Position numbers and translations under genes: made by a program. This document shows positions 23,725 to 36,900 of a stretch of 64,000 nt of DNA, in pieces (the first letter of the stretch is position 1; each line of letters opens with the position of its first letter). The stretch is from assembly GCA_043228905.1 (NCBI GenBank), contig JBHGNT010000008.1:11904001-11968000 (forward strand), read 5' to 3'. Below the pieces are notes generated by a model. The model did no database searches and was not told the origin of the DNA. It saw nothing but the letters and a program-made list of their open reading frames with translations. This stretch comes from Azolla caroliniana (taxonomy: Eukaryota; Plantae; Polypodiophyta).

Positions 23725-26647
23725 TAACCATTTACCCATTTCTTCAGTGTCTTCCCGACTAACGTCCCAAGTTGGTAGGATCCCTTGAACTCCCTTCTGA
23801 TCCAGAATGGTCCGGTCCACCGGAACTGCAACTTCCCATGCATGGTGCCCATCTGAGTCTGAGTATCGGCTTGCCGATGCCGAAGTCCTTCTCGTTGCCT
23901 CACCTGTGTCGGTCCACAAAAGCTTTCCATCGCCATTGCTCGAGCTCCAATTGCAATAAACTAACTATCCGGTTTTCCTCTAATTCATACAATGTCGTCA
24001 ATTGGATCCTTTTGGATTCCTTCTCGCTCAAATGCTCCCAGACTTGTATCCGCAGACTAGGAATCTGAAATTTCATCAGCATGACCGCCTCTGGACCGAA
24101 GGCTAACTGAAATGATGGTGTTCGAATACTCATTTTATATGTCGTCTGGTAAGCCCATAGAATGCTGTGTAATTTGGTGTCCCAATCCGTACGGTTCACA
24201 TTAACAATTTTTCGGAGGATGTTTTGAAGTGTCTTGTTTGTTGATTCAACGAATCCGTTTGCCTGTGGATAATATGGTGTGTTGTGTTTGTGAACCACCG
24301 CATAGAATGTAGTCAAGCTCTCCGCAACGTGGCCGAGGAAATGTCCCCCCTGGTTTCTAATCAGCTCGATCGGACACCCATATCGCGGTGTTGTCTCGGA
24401 GTGCCTTTGCCTCCACCCATTTAGTACAATAGTCTGTGGCTACTATAATATATCGGTTCGCAATACGCATTGCCAGTGGCTTGAATGGTCCCACAAAATC
24501 TAACCCGCACTTCTGGAAAGGTTCCAACGTCAGCACCGGTTGATATCGCATTCGAGCCTTCTTCGTTGGTTGACCTAATCATTGGCATAGGTCACTCTTT
24601 GCAGTACCAGACTGCATCTTTGAGAGTTGTTGGCCACCATAACCCACTTCGTCATATTGTCCAGGCGGTGGCGTCTCCGACATAGTGCCCTCCGGCCACT
24701 CCGCAATGAGCCTCATGTAATAATGCTTCGTTCTTGTCTCTCCTCACCGCACGTTGCCAGATATCGTCGGCTCCCTTATGGTACAGTGTATCTTGAACCA
24801 AGCAAAAATGTCGGGTTTCGACCGCAAGGCGTTTGTGTTCGTCCCGACTCAACTCTTCCAAGGTAATCCGGAACTCAGAAACGGGTACATGTCCGTGAGC
24901 CACTTGTCTTCATTGGCCACTATCTCATCTACCGCTGTCTCCGTAGTAACCTTGAATAACTCGGCATCCGGAAACTCATCTCGGACCCCTTCACCTTCTT
25001 CTCTGGATTCTAGCCGGCTCAAGTGAGCACCACCGCATGATGGACTCCAGATTGGTGGCATATATCAAATTCAATTCTTGCAGTAACAAGGTCCACCTTG
25101 CTAATTTTCCTGTTAGTGACGCCTTGGATACCAAATTGATCAGTGTGGAGTGCTCAACATGAGATGAAAACTTCTATCCTAACATATAATGGCGATACTT
25201 CGTGACACTGTATACCATCTCCAAAGCTTCTCTCCCTGTTGTTGAATAATTCCTTTCAGCATTTGAAAGTTTTCGATTGGTGTAGATACCAGATGATACC
25301 ACGTCGGCTCTGTGAACTGCATGAGGACCCTCCTGATGAAAATGCCTGACGCATCGACAAACACACGAAAATCCTTTGTCCAATCAGGCGGCTACACCAA
25401 CGGAGCGAGCCTATGACATTATCGCTTTCAGTTCTTGATAAGCTATCTCTTCTTGCTCCGTCCATTGGAATGGTAAGTGGTGCACAACTACATGCAGCGG
25501 AGTTGCGAAGTCTATTAGATACCGGAGGATCCTGATTTGCCCTAAGAACCAGCTCAATGCTTTGGCCTTGGTATGTGTTAGTGCATGCAGAATTGCATTT
25601 ACCCTTTCCGGGTCCACAACAATTCCCTCCTTACTAACAAAGTGCCCGAGCAGTGTGCCACTTGTGACTCCGAAAACACACTTCGCCGGATTTAAACTTA
25701 CTCGGGATCCCCAACATTGTTCCAAACACATTTAGAGATGGTCCAAGTGTTCTTCCTTCCGGTTATAGATGGAAAAATCATCTAGAAATACCTACATGAA
25801 TGTCGGGATGTACCCTCCGAATATCTTCATTATAATTCTTTGAAATGTTGTCGGTGCTGTTTTGAGTCCAAACATCAGGACCACTGCAACAAACACTCCC
25901 CACTTCGTGAGGAACAATGTCTTTTCCTGGTCCACCGGGTGCATCCGAATTTGATTATATGCGCTCAATCCGTCCAAGAAATTGTACACTTCATGACTAG
26001 GTACCACAACTAATACTCCATCTGTGAATGGTAGCGGAAAGCCATTGATTACCGTGGCCGCATTAAGTTTTCGGTAGACTTCCAAACAGACCTGGATTTT
26101 GCCGTTCTTCTTCAGTACTATGACTATTGGGCTCAACCACTTTGCTTTCTTTCTAGGTCGGATGAAATTGACTTTTAGGAATTTATCAATTTCTTCTTTT
26201 ATTTTTGCCACATAATTTGGGTTCATTCGGTAACTTCGTTGCGCTACTACCTTGGCATCCTTACTGATATTGATCTGATGTTGGTACAACTGGGGGTCCA
26301 AGCCTTGCATATCTTCGTACAACCATGCAAAAACGTCCCAAAATTCTTTGAGTTGCTCGATCATTGCCGTTTTCTGCTGTGGTAGCATTTCCTTTGCCAC
26401 ATTTATTGGTCTCGGCGCCTCACCTGTCCCTAGGTTCACCTCTTCTAGTTTGGATGCCTTTACTCTTTGGGATACAACCATCTCCCGCTCCAGCGATCCC
26501 TACGCCTGCCATAATTCCCGGATCACCTCACGATCTAGTTCGTCAATTTGGTCCTCCTAGTGTGTGACGTACGACGTGAAGGCTCTGGCTACATCTACTT
26601 CGAATAGTGGTACGATCTTAGGATGTTCCTCTAGATACCGGTCGATT

Positions 26648-27288
26648 TGTTGGGAAATCGGTCTCTTCGGATGGGATCCGGTGTGGAACAAAGAGGACCC
26701 GGTGAGAACCGAAAGAGATCCGACAACTAGAGGAGACCCAGTGAGAACCGGTAAGAACCGGAATAGAACCTATAAGAACCGGAAGAGAACCGGAAGAGAA
26801 CCGGTAAGAACCGGAAGAGAACCGGGAAGAACCGGAAGAGATCCGGAAACCGGATCGGTGGACCCGGTGAGAACCGGAAGAGAAGACAGATTTGTAAATA
26901 GGTCTTGAATAAGCCCATTTAGGCTATATTTGTAAATAGCCCTAAGTTCATATAACTATAAATATGACTTGGGGCAATTACTTCAAAATATGTAGGTAGA
27001 GAGAGGGAGAGAGAGAGAGATATAGAGCGATACTCTACTGTAACCGCCACTGTGCGAAGAAACAGAGCTCGAGGTTGCCTCTGAGTCTCTGATTGTATCC
27101 CTTCTCTTCATAGTGATGTTTTGGAGTTTGTGGGTTCCCACGGTTTTTTTTCCCTATTAGGGGTTTCCTCGTAAATATCCTATGTTATTTTCTTGTGTAC
27201 TCTCTACTTCCCATTTTTGTGTTTGATTCTTATAGAAGTGATTTATTGCTCGTTTGTGGCTGAGTGATATTCTGTGCATTTCTCATCG
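26648..27288 (+). mobile_element. Solo LTR (copia-type) with AGAACCGGA tandem repeats
   Basis: TGTTGGG start; TSD CGATT (26643-26647, 27289-27293); TATAAATA at ~26957; GGGTTTCCTCGTAAAT motif. Confidence 0.8.
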
Positions 27289-28540
27289 CGATTTCGTCAT
27301 TTGCCAATCAATCCAACATGTCAATACTTTCCGTGTATAACGGCATCAGTTGCTTCGTTGCACCAGCCCATTGTTGTGTCAGCACCCGCACTTTAGTTTT
27401 CCCCCGTCGGAAGGTAATCACGTTCTTCTGCCATATTTGCTTAATATGCGCCATTCGCAACCATGGTCTTCCTAATAACAGGGGGTGTGCCCCCGGCGCG
27501 TTGAGTTGCAGGACCACTGTGTTGGCCGGTTAGGCTAGAGTATGAAAGGAGAGTCGGTTTTGGGAGTTGTAATTAGATAAATTATGATAATTATAAGATT
27601 GAACGGACGGACCCGGAATCGGTATGCCGATCCGGATCCTCGACCGGTCGTAGCCGATTGGCACCGGTTTGTAGCACAACCAGATATCTATAAAAGGATT
27701 CAGAGATGATGTAATTGAGGACGGATAATTCATAGAGAAGTGTTGTGTCTTTACGTATTGTGTATCTTGTTAATACCGTTCTGTGCTTAATGTGATTATC
27801 ATATGCGTGTATCAAGTTAATCATTCCGGATAGTCACCAGGAAGGATCGGTCCTGTATCACAGTCTGCACATTCCTTACCGTACCACCCCTTTGGTGAAG
27901 TGTTCTCAAGGGACACCCTGTGTTAGAGGCTTGTCCAGCTCGATGACAACACAGTTTTGGCGATCACGATTCCTCCAAAAAGTGCATTGAACAACGGGGG
28001 AAATGGATGAATAGACCAACGAACAACCCAGTAGTAGAGCGAGCAAGAAGACTCTTCGAGAGACTGCGGAAGCGGGAGGCTTACCAGCAGGCGGTGGAAG
28101 AGATTCGGCGGATCGGTCTTTTTCTAGAGTGATTCGGCGGGTAGCGGAGGAGTCACTCTTATTGCAACAGTACCACCACCCGGACGAAGGAAGTAGTCTG
28201 AGTAGTTTGTAGGAAGTGGAGTCCATTTTGCAAACAGTTGCCGCAAGAGACGACGGTTCGTAAGCGTTCTTAGCCATCGAATCGGATTCGGACGGCGAAC
28301 ATAGTGTCTAATCGAATTATCATAGTAGCCACAATACCCCAGACGACCCGGAAGACAACGAGTCGGGACCACATACCGACACCGGAGCTGGCAACAACGA
28401 AACCAGAAGCTCCAGACAAAACAACCGGCACGGAACACCAAAAGGAGGAACGAGTTCCGACACCACACCCCAAGTCACCGACGGAACAGGAGGAGCGAGT
28501 TCTGACACTGGCCCCGGCAACACAAGAAGACGACGACACA

Positions 28541-31500
28541 ATGTCGTACCAATATCCGAAGTATCGGGATGACCCGGACGCGGAAGCCCATGTATACGTG
28601 TTTCTGCAAACTTGGGAGGCGAATCATGTCTCCCAATGACTGAACGATGCAGAGGTAGAATGATCAAAAATTACGGAATTCGGCATGACTTTGGAGGGAC
28701 CTGCGGCACGTTGGCACTCCAAGCACCTTCTCGGCAGCATCGCCACGTTTGAGGATTTAAAGACTAGATTTCTACGCTTCTTCCACAGATAGGTGGATCA
28801 AAGAGAGATTGTCGGCCAATTTTATACGACATGACAAGACCCGTCCGAAACCATTCAACAGTTCGTTATCTGGTTCCAGATGATGCATAATCAACTCACC
28901 ATAGCATCGTTAGATGCTGAAGTGATAGTGGTATTTTTGGCAGCGCTTCGGGAACCTCTCCGAACCATGTGTGTGGTCATAGATTTTCGGACTAGCACGA
29001 TAGACCAGGTAATTGATCGGGTCATGGAAATGGACAAAAAAAGTTCGTGGTTGACGATGGGAGCAACCTACGCTTTCGCCAGGCGGTCCAATGCACAACG
29101 TGCCTTAACCTCGGGCACTCAACAATAGAGTGCACCATGAGATCGCAATACATGTTGTGCCATTCTTGGTCACATACAATGGACCACTGCGAGTACAACC
29201 TGTTGAATTGGCAAGTTGCACCAGTCTGGCACATCGAGACCCGAAATGACTGAGAGGACAAAGAAGAACGATTTCGGCGAGACGATCGCTACCGACCGGT
29301 ACAAGTTGTCCAATATAGTGACCGACGGGACGATTATGACTAGGACCAGAGCGAGAGAAGCCGCAACTATAACAATGATCGTTATAATTGAGATTACTCC
29401 CCCAGCTATGATCAGAGAAGCGAGGATCAAGGAGAAGAATATGAAGACACTGCCGACAAGGATACCGGAACAATCAACGCTATAATAAAAAATAGAACGC
29501 TTGGAAAGAGGATTGTCGGGAACCGGCAAAGGATTACCAACGAGAGCCGGATAGAAGCATAACTAGTGCTCAAACGGAACAAAGAAGAGTAGAGGAGCCT
29601 AACCGAGTAGTATTCGGATTTCAACCGGGTAACACACGAAAAGAAGAGTCTAGCAATACACGAAAGGCGTATTGCTACTATTGCCGCCAGGAGGGACACT
29701 ACAGCAACCAATGTCCGGTAAAGAGTCACGACAAACGACCGGTAGTCCAAATGGTGGTCGCGTAAGTGGCGGACATCCAACAAGTCACCACTAGATCGAA
29801 GGGAAAGTTGGCTGAATGGGAGGCTTAGGAAGCTATCCGCAAACAAACTACGGAGTGGATCGAAAAGGCAAATGAACAGAATGTCACTGAACTGAAGGAG
29901 CAAAGGAACGCATTGGAGGAACCTACAGAGACGACGCAGTAGGACAACCCCGCCTAGCGGGCATTACAGGAATGCTAGATCATGCTACCACTGGGTTGGC
30001 TACTGCAATTGGTGCCCCGATTCACCGATGATTTAAAATTAGCATAGATCCCACCAAACCCCACACCAGCTCCGACGTTCTTTTCAAATCCGGAGGAAGG
30101 GCCGACAATGGTTGATACTAGCAGTCCCGCAATCACCACCATTATCAAAGGACGGCAAGTACCAGGGACGATCGTCGATGGCGGATCGGGAGTAAACGTA
30201 ATTAGCCTCCGAACATGCAACACTCTTGGAATCCTAGAATGCGAACCATGCCCGTTCTGGCTCCGGATGGCGAACACCAGCTCAATACGACCAGCCGGAT
30301 TAATCCGGGATTTGGAGGTAACAATCAGAGGCCATGGCTTCCGGATTTCTACCGTCGTCCTCCAGTTGAATGCGCATGGAGCATACCCACTGTTGCTGGG
30401 ATGACCATGGTTAAAGATTGCCCACACGAACAGAACTGGTAGAAGAACAATATTACGTTTCGAAGGGGGAAAACTAAGGTTAGAGTACCCACGCACCCTC
30501 ACGTAGGCCCAAGCAAAGAAGTAACATCATTATATGCCGAAAGCTTGAATATGCTGGAAGGGCTTGCCGACGAGGAGGTAGATCGCTACCTTGATGAAAA
30601 CCCAGGGATAGTCCCTCTGTTCGAAGTAGACGTAGCAGAGGCGGTGTCCCCATATATTGGAGAACCGGAGGATGCCGGTGAGGAGCCCGATAGGGACGCC
30701 CTCTGGGTACTGCCACAACCACAAGAGGCCTTAGAGTAGGAGATGGTGGTATCACAATGGGTGAAAGCATCACAATTGGAAGAAGTGAATTTGGGAACCA
30801 ACGAAGAAGCAAGACCGGTGCAGGTGGCCAAAGAAATGCCACGGGAGGAGAAGCCAACAATGATCACATTATTGAAAGGAATTCCGGGACGTATTTGCGT
30901 GGTCATATAAAGACATGTGGGGCCTGGACCTACAATTATATCAGCACTAGATTCATTTAAGCAAGGATGTGAAACCGGTAGCACAAAGACGTTACCAGAT
31001 GAATCCGAATTACGCGGCTAAAGCAAAAGAAGAGATCCACAAGTTGCTATGGGTTGGGTTCATCCAGCTGGTGAAGAAGGCCACCTGGGTAAGCCCAATC
31101 GTGGTGGTACCGAAAAAAAATGGAAAGATCTGGGTCTATGTGGATTATCGGAAATTCAATGCTGCCACTATCATCGATGTATTACCGCTCCCAGTCACGG
31201 ATGGAGTCTTGAATGCAGTAGCAGGCCACGAGGTGTATAGCTTCCTCGACGAATTCAATGGGTATAACCAAATCAGGATGCGCCCGGACGATCTGGAGAA
31301 AACAACGTTCGTCACCGAATGGGGAGTCTTTGTAGCGGTCGTGATGATGTTCGGATTGAAGACGGCACTGGCAACGTTCCAACGAATCATCATGGAATAT
31401 TTTGGGGAATTTATCCCAACGTTTATGCAGGTGTTCTTGGATGACTTTGCGGTGTACAACAGGAAAGGAGAACATCTTGACCATCTCCGGTTATGCCTGG

Positions 31501-33600
31501 AGAAATGCAGAGGTTACCGGCTCAGTCTGAACCTGGCGAAATGCGTATTCAGGGTAACCAGCAGCACGCTACTAGGCTATATTGTGAGTAAGGATGGGAT
31601 TGTGGTGGACCCAAATAAAGTTAAAGCCATTTTGGAAGCACCGGCACCAACAACCGCCAAAGCTCTAAGCCAGTTTTTATGGCAAATCCGGTGGCATAAC
31701 CGGATGCTCCGATACTTGGCCGATCTTGCGACACCACTACATGCAGTTGTAGACCGGACACCTTTCCAATGGATAGAACCAAAGGATAAGGCATACCATG
31801 CGCTCAAAATAATGTTGTCCCAAGCACCGGTGGTACAACCCCCGGATTGGTCAAAGGAATTTCATGTGTTTGTGGACGCATTTGATATCGCAATCGGTAG
31901 CATTCTTACGAAGCTCACCAAACCAAAGTGGTACCGGCCGGTTTACTACGCCAGTTGAATGCTCTCCCAGGCGGAACGGAATTATTCAACAACAGAAAGG
32001 GAAGCCTTGGGAATGATATACAACGTAACAAAGTTCTGTCACTATTTGTTGGGACGAAAATTCTCATTCCACGTAGATTATTCGACTTTACTTTACTTGG
32101 TTTCCAAGGCATCGCTAACCGGAAAACTAGCATGATGGACATTGCTTCTACAGGAGTTCGAATTTGAGATTTACCACAGACCGAGAGTACAGCATGTGGT
32201 TGCAGATTGCTTGACCCGGTTAGAATTCGGAGAGGCAGGCGACAACGTCAAAGGCGACCTTTCGGATGCGCAGTTATTCAGGGTAACAATGGAGAATATA
32301 GTGGACGGGACGGTGGCTGAGGAGGACAAATGGATGACGAATATGCATCAGTTTTTAAGCACTGGATTACCTCCGAAACAACTGAACTGGGACGAACAGA
32401 AGCGGTTGGCTGTACAAAGTCGACATTTTTGTTTACTGCAGGATACGTTGTACCACAAGGGAGCAGATGGTATATGGCGAAGAGCGGTTTAGAGCGACGA
32501 AAAGGAGACAATTTTACGGGAAGCTCATTCTGGAGTCGCCAGAGGACATTATGCCGGAGAAGCAACGACAAAGAACATATGGCGAAGCGGATTGTGGTGG
32601 CTTACAACAATGAAGGACTCGATTCGGTATGCAAAGGAATGTGACTTATGTCAATGGATGGGCCAACGAACCGAACAAGCAAGGATGCCACAATGGAGCC
32701 GGTGTTACCACTGGAGCCATTTCAAAAATGGGGATTGGACTTCGTCGGACCTTTCAAACCTCCGACAATGCGGAACGGGAACGGGTATATCATTGTAGCA
32801 ATAGACTACTACACCAAATGGGTGGAAGCCAATGCACTCCGGGATAATACCGCGGCCTCAACGAGTACATTGGTGCTGGTATGGATGCCCGATAGAATTG
32901 ATCAGTGATCAAGGAGGACATTTCCTCGGTCAAGTAGTAGAGAACTTGACGACATTTTATGTGGTTGTACACAAGCGGAGTACACCCTATTATCCATAAG
33001 CGAACGGATTGGCCGAATCCACCAACAAAACCTTGCAAAACATCCTTCGGAAAATAGTCAATGAAAACCACACCGACTAGGACACGGAGTTGCAGAGTGC
33101 ATTGTGGGATTACCAAACCACGTACAAAAAAGTATTCGGACAACACCATTTTGTTTAGCTTTCGGATTAGACGTGGTCATGCTGATAGAGTTTTAAATTC
33201 CGAGTTTGCGGATTCAAGTACGAGAAAGGTTAAGTGAGAAGGAATCGGAGAAAATTTGACTAGCGACATTGTGCGAATTAGAAGAACACCGGAGAGCCAG
33301 CATTCTGAAGTTGGAACTCGAGCAACGACGATGGAAAGCGTTTGTCGACCGGCACCGGAAAGGGAACGAGAAAATGTTCAGAATTGGCAAGCCGGTGTTA
33401 GTACTTCAGACCCGGATGGGCAAAATGCCGCGAAAGCTACGGTTCAGGTGGACCGGACCGTACTAGATAACATGAGAGTTTAACGGCTCGTATCAGCTAG
33501 GAACGTTGGCCGGATAGGTCATGGAAAAATGGGTAAATGGTTTCCGACTAAAACCGTATTATGGACCAATGTCACGGAACCCGTTTAGGCAACCGGATGC
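28541..33600 (+). pseudogene. Gypsy gag-pol (gag, protease, RT, RNase H, integrase) with stops and frameshifts
   Basis: IVDGGSGVNVI; VFLDDFAVY; VFVDAFDIAIG; WGLDFVGPF; KLRFRWTGPY. Confidence 0.9.
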
Positions 33601-33982
33601 CGAAGCAAAAACCGGGAATGGCAAGCGGATAACCGAAAACCAACAGCAGGAACATACAACGGATCTGGTGTTGCCGAATACAAGGGTTTAGAATACCATC
33701 TTGTAGGGGCGAGGAGTAAAGACGTGAAGTAAAGCCACCATGCAGGCGAAAAAAATAAAATAAAATAATGTAGGCCATTAAAAAAAGAACGAACACCTCG
33801 AAATGGTGTGACGTAACGCATTTAAAGCCCACCATGCGAAACACAGCCACTATTAAAAGCACACGACGTGCATGCGCAGGACTCGAGAAAAGGCGGCAAG
33901 AATGGGAACACAAAACCTTCGCATAACAGAGTCTCTCTCATTTCACGAACACAGAGCACTTAGCACACAGAGGCGGATACAG

Positions 33983-36900
33983 GTGATTAGGCGAATGCTA
34001 GAAGCCACCATAGGCACACCAAAGCTCTCCACCACCACCAAAACAGAGGACACACTGGAGCCCATGGCGCTTTCCGAGACGACCACGAAATGGTTCACAC
34101 AACATGGCTTGGAGGGCTTCCTACGGATAGCAAAGGCACCTCCGCACGAAGAAGCGGAAAAGGTCGCGAAGAAGATCGACTTCGAAGTAATCACGGAGGA
34201 GGCCATTCGCACCTTAATCAGATTGCTAGAAGAAGGGATCTACTCCATTGAGAATCCTTCCCCAGAAACGCTGACGAAGTTCTTCGGGGAGTATTCCCTG
34301 GCCAGCAAAGCATACCGGACACAGGGCGGCGATGACGCCCTGTTCCGAGAAGTAGCTCATGTGCTCCACAAGTATGGGTTTGTGCACCCCCGACCCTCGG
34401 TAATGCCTACGAACAAAGCCAGATTCATCATCGCCACATACGAAGGAGTAAAGGTGGATTTTCATGTAATCATCATTGATTGTTTGCGAGTGGCCATACA
34501 ATCGGTGGTAGACGGCAAGAAGGTGTGAACAGTTGTGGCTCAATGGCTCACTCTCTTGGTACCACTAGTGTTGACATTAAAGGCAACGACGCGGGGCCGA
34601 ACGGCCGAAACGACGCCAAACAAGCCATTGATGTGGCAAAAACAAGCCATCCTTGCCAAGCACATGCCCGGTTGGACAGAGGGAGGTTCATCACAGAAAG
34701 GGAAGGAGCAACCCAGTCGGAAGTGGCAGACAGAGACAGAGGCACCGGTAGAGCAACCGGTTAGGCCTCTCAAAATCAAATTGCGTCGGCAAGAGCAAGA
34801 GCCACCTAACTTGGCTCAAGGGATAAACATGAGAACCCATGAGGAGGAGACGGAGGAAGAACCCGCCGACACTCCCCTATGTCGCCGGTGTCGTGCCTTT
34901 CGGCTCCGGATCGTTGCGTGAGTCGGCTGGGAACTGCTGAGGTTTTGGACTAGGAGAAAGAAGAATATGAGATAAGGCTCCTTATGAATCGATTGCAAGA
35001 AAGAGAACTATTTGAAAGAAGATATGAACCTCGTGAATCCCACGAGTATAGTGTATTAATTGATACTTAGAATGTAAGAGAGAAATAGATGGAAAAAAAA
35101 TCGTGAATCCCATGAATATATTTGATTGATCCAAATCCTTGTAAAATAATCAACAACCTCTATACATCTTTCTCTCTTCCTTATATAGTGTTGGAAGAGT
35201 CTAAGTTTATCACATGCAAGCATCATGCTTTTCCTATCTTTAGTTTTCATGCACACTGCATGTGCATGATTAGTCTTTTATCTCATCTTCTCTTTTAACT
35301 CGAGTGTCTATGCATGAATAACTTTTTGTACCATGCATGTCTAGAAATTTTACATGGGATAAAGTTTAGTATAACTTTAAAATTCATAATTCGCTAGTAT
35401 AATGATAAGGCTTAACATTATTAACATGGATGTGCAAGGTACGATTCTTGCCCTATGCATGTAATATATAATTTTATACTTTCTTCTATTTACAAATATG
35501 TCTCTTCATCTGGTGAGAGACTCTCACCGGCCTTCTTCATCCGGCTCTTGCCGGTTCTGCTTCATCCGGTTCTCACCGGTTTTCTTTATCCGGTTCTTAC
35601 GGGATCCTTCTTACCGGTCCTCTTCGTGCGTTTCTCGCCGACTTTCACCGGCTCTTGCCGGTCTCCTTACCGGTTTTGGTTCTCACCAATTCTTCCTTTA
35701 GGTTCTCACTAGGTACTCCATATCCTATCCGGAGAAACCAAAAATGTAATTTTTCACTTAGTGTGCGAATTACACTACGACACTCGCCCCCTCCGAACCC
35801 GCACATCTTCCGGTATGTGCCGAAGTCCCCGATGCTTGCTATTCACCTTCATCCGAAGCTTCCTCCAATTCCCCCCTTAAGTCGACTATGAGTTGTAATC
35901 GACTTTCCTCGCTTTCCGCATCACCGTGATCTTCGTCCGATTGCTCCTTCTTGTCGGTCTTGTCTAGGATTACATAAGGTTCTTCATCAGTCCGCTTCTT
36001 GAAAATCTTCACCCGTTTCCCGGCTATAGGCACTCCTAGCATCGTTCCATCCAACTCGCATAGTCGGTAAGTTCCGTTATCGAAAACTTTCCGAACCTCA
36101 TATGGCCCGAACCACCTTTTCACGAACTTCCGCATCGTTGTATCTTGATGATCCAAACTACTATCGTAGACAATCACCCAATCTCCTTCTTCAATCTTCC
36201 GCGGTTGTAGTCGGTGCTTTGTGTCGAACCGGCTTTTATTCCGGAATCGCGCTTCTTGTTGTCGGCGTATTGCTTCTGCTATGTCTTCCGGTCTTCCCTC
36301 CAGTTGCCGTATCCGGACCGCTAGTAGTTCTTCCCGACTCATCTCTTCCTTCCATGGTAGCATTGTCCATGTCGCGATTGTGGTTTCCGTCGGCATTACC
36401 GATGCTTGTCTGGTCATAAGTTCTGCCGGCATGTAACCGGTTACGGAGCTATGTGTTGTCCGATCCGCCCATAGTGCATACGGAAGCATCTGCGGCGAAT
36501 CCTTCACCCTTCCATCGCATGCCTTCACAAGTGCTTTGACAATCGGACTATGTCCTCATTCGATCTTCCCGTTGGCTTCCGGATTGTATGCCGTTGTTAG
36601 TGTTAACCGAACTCCATGTTTAGTGAAGAATTCCTTAGCTTTGTCAGAGTCGAGTTCTCCCCGATCCGTAATCACTTGTCCTACACACCCGTACCTGCAA
36701 AACACTTCTTCCAAAAGGAATTGGCATACCGTAGAACACGTTTTCCTCCGTAGCGCCCGACCTTCTACTTGGTTTGTGAGATCTTCCCGAGCTAACACCA
36801 AGTACTTCTTTTGTCTGATCCCGGTTGGCATGGCTACAATGTCGACCATCCATTTGAAGTTGATTGTCAGTGAGATTGTCGGATGTAACTCATCTAGGTG

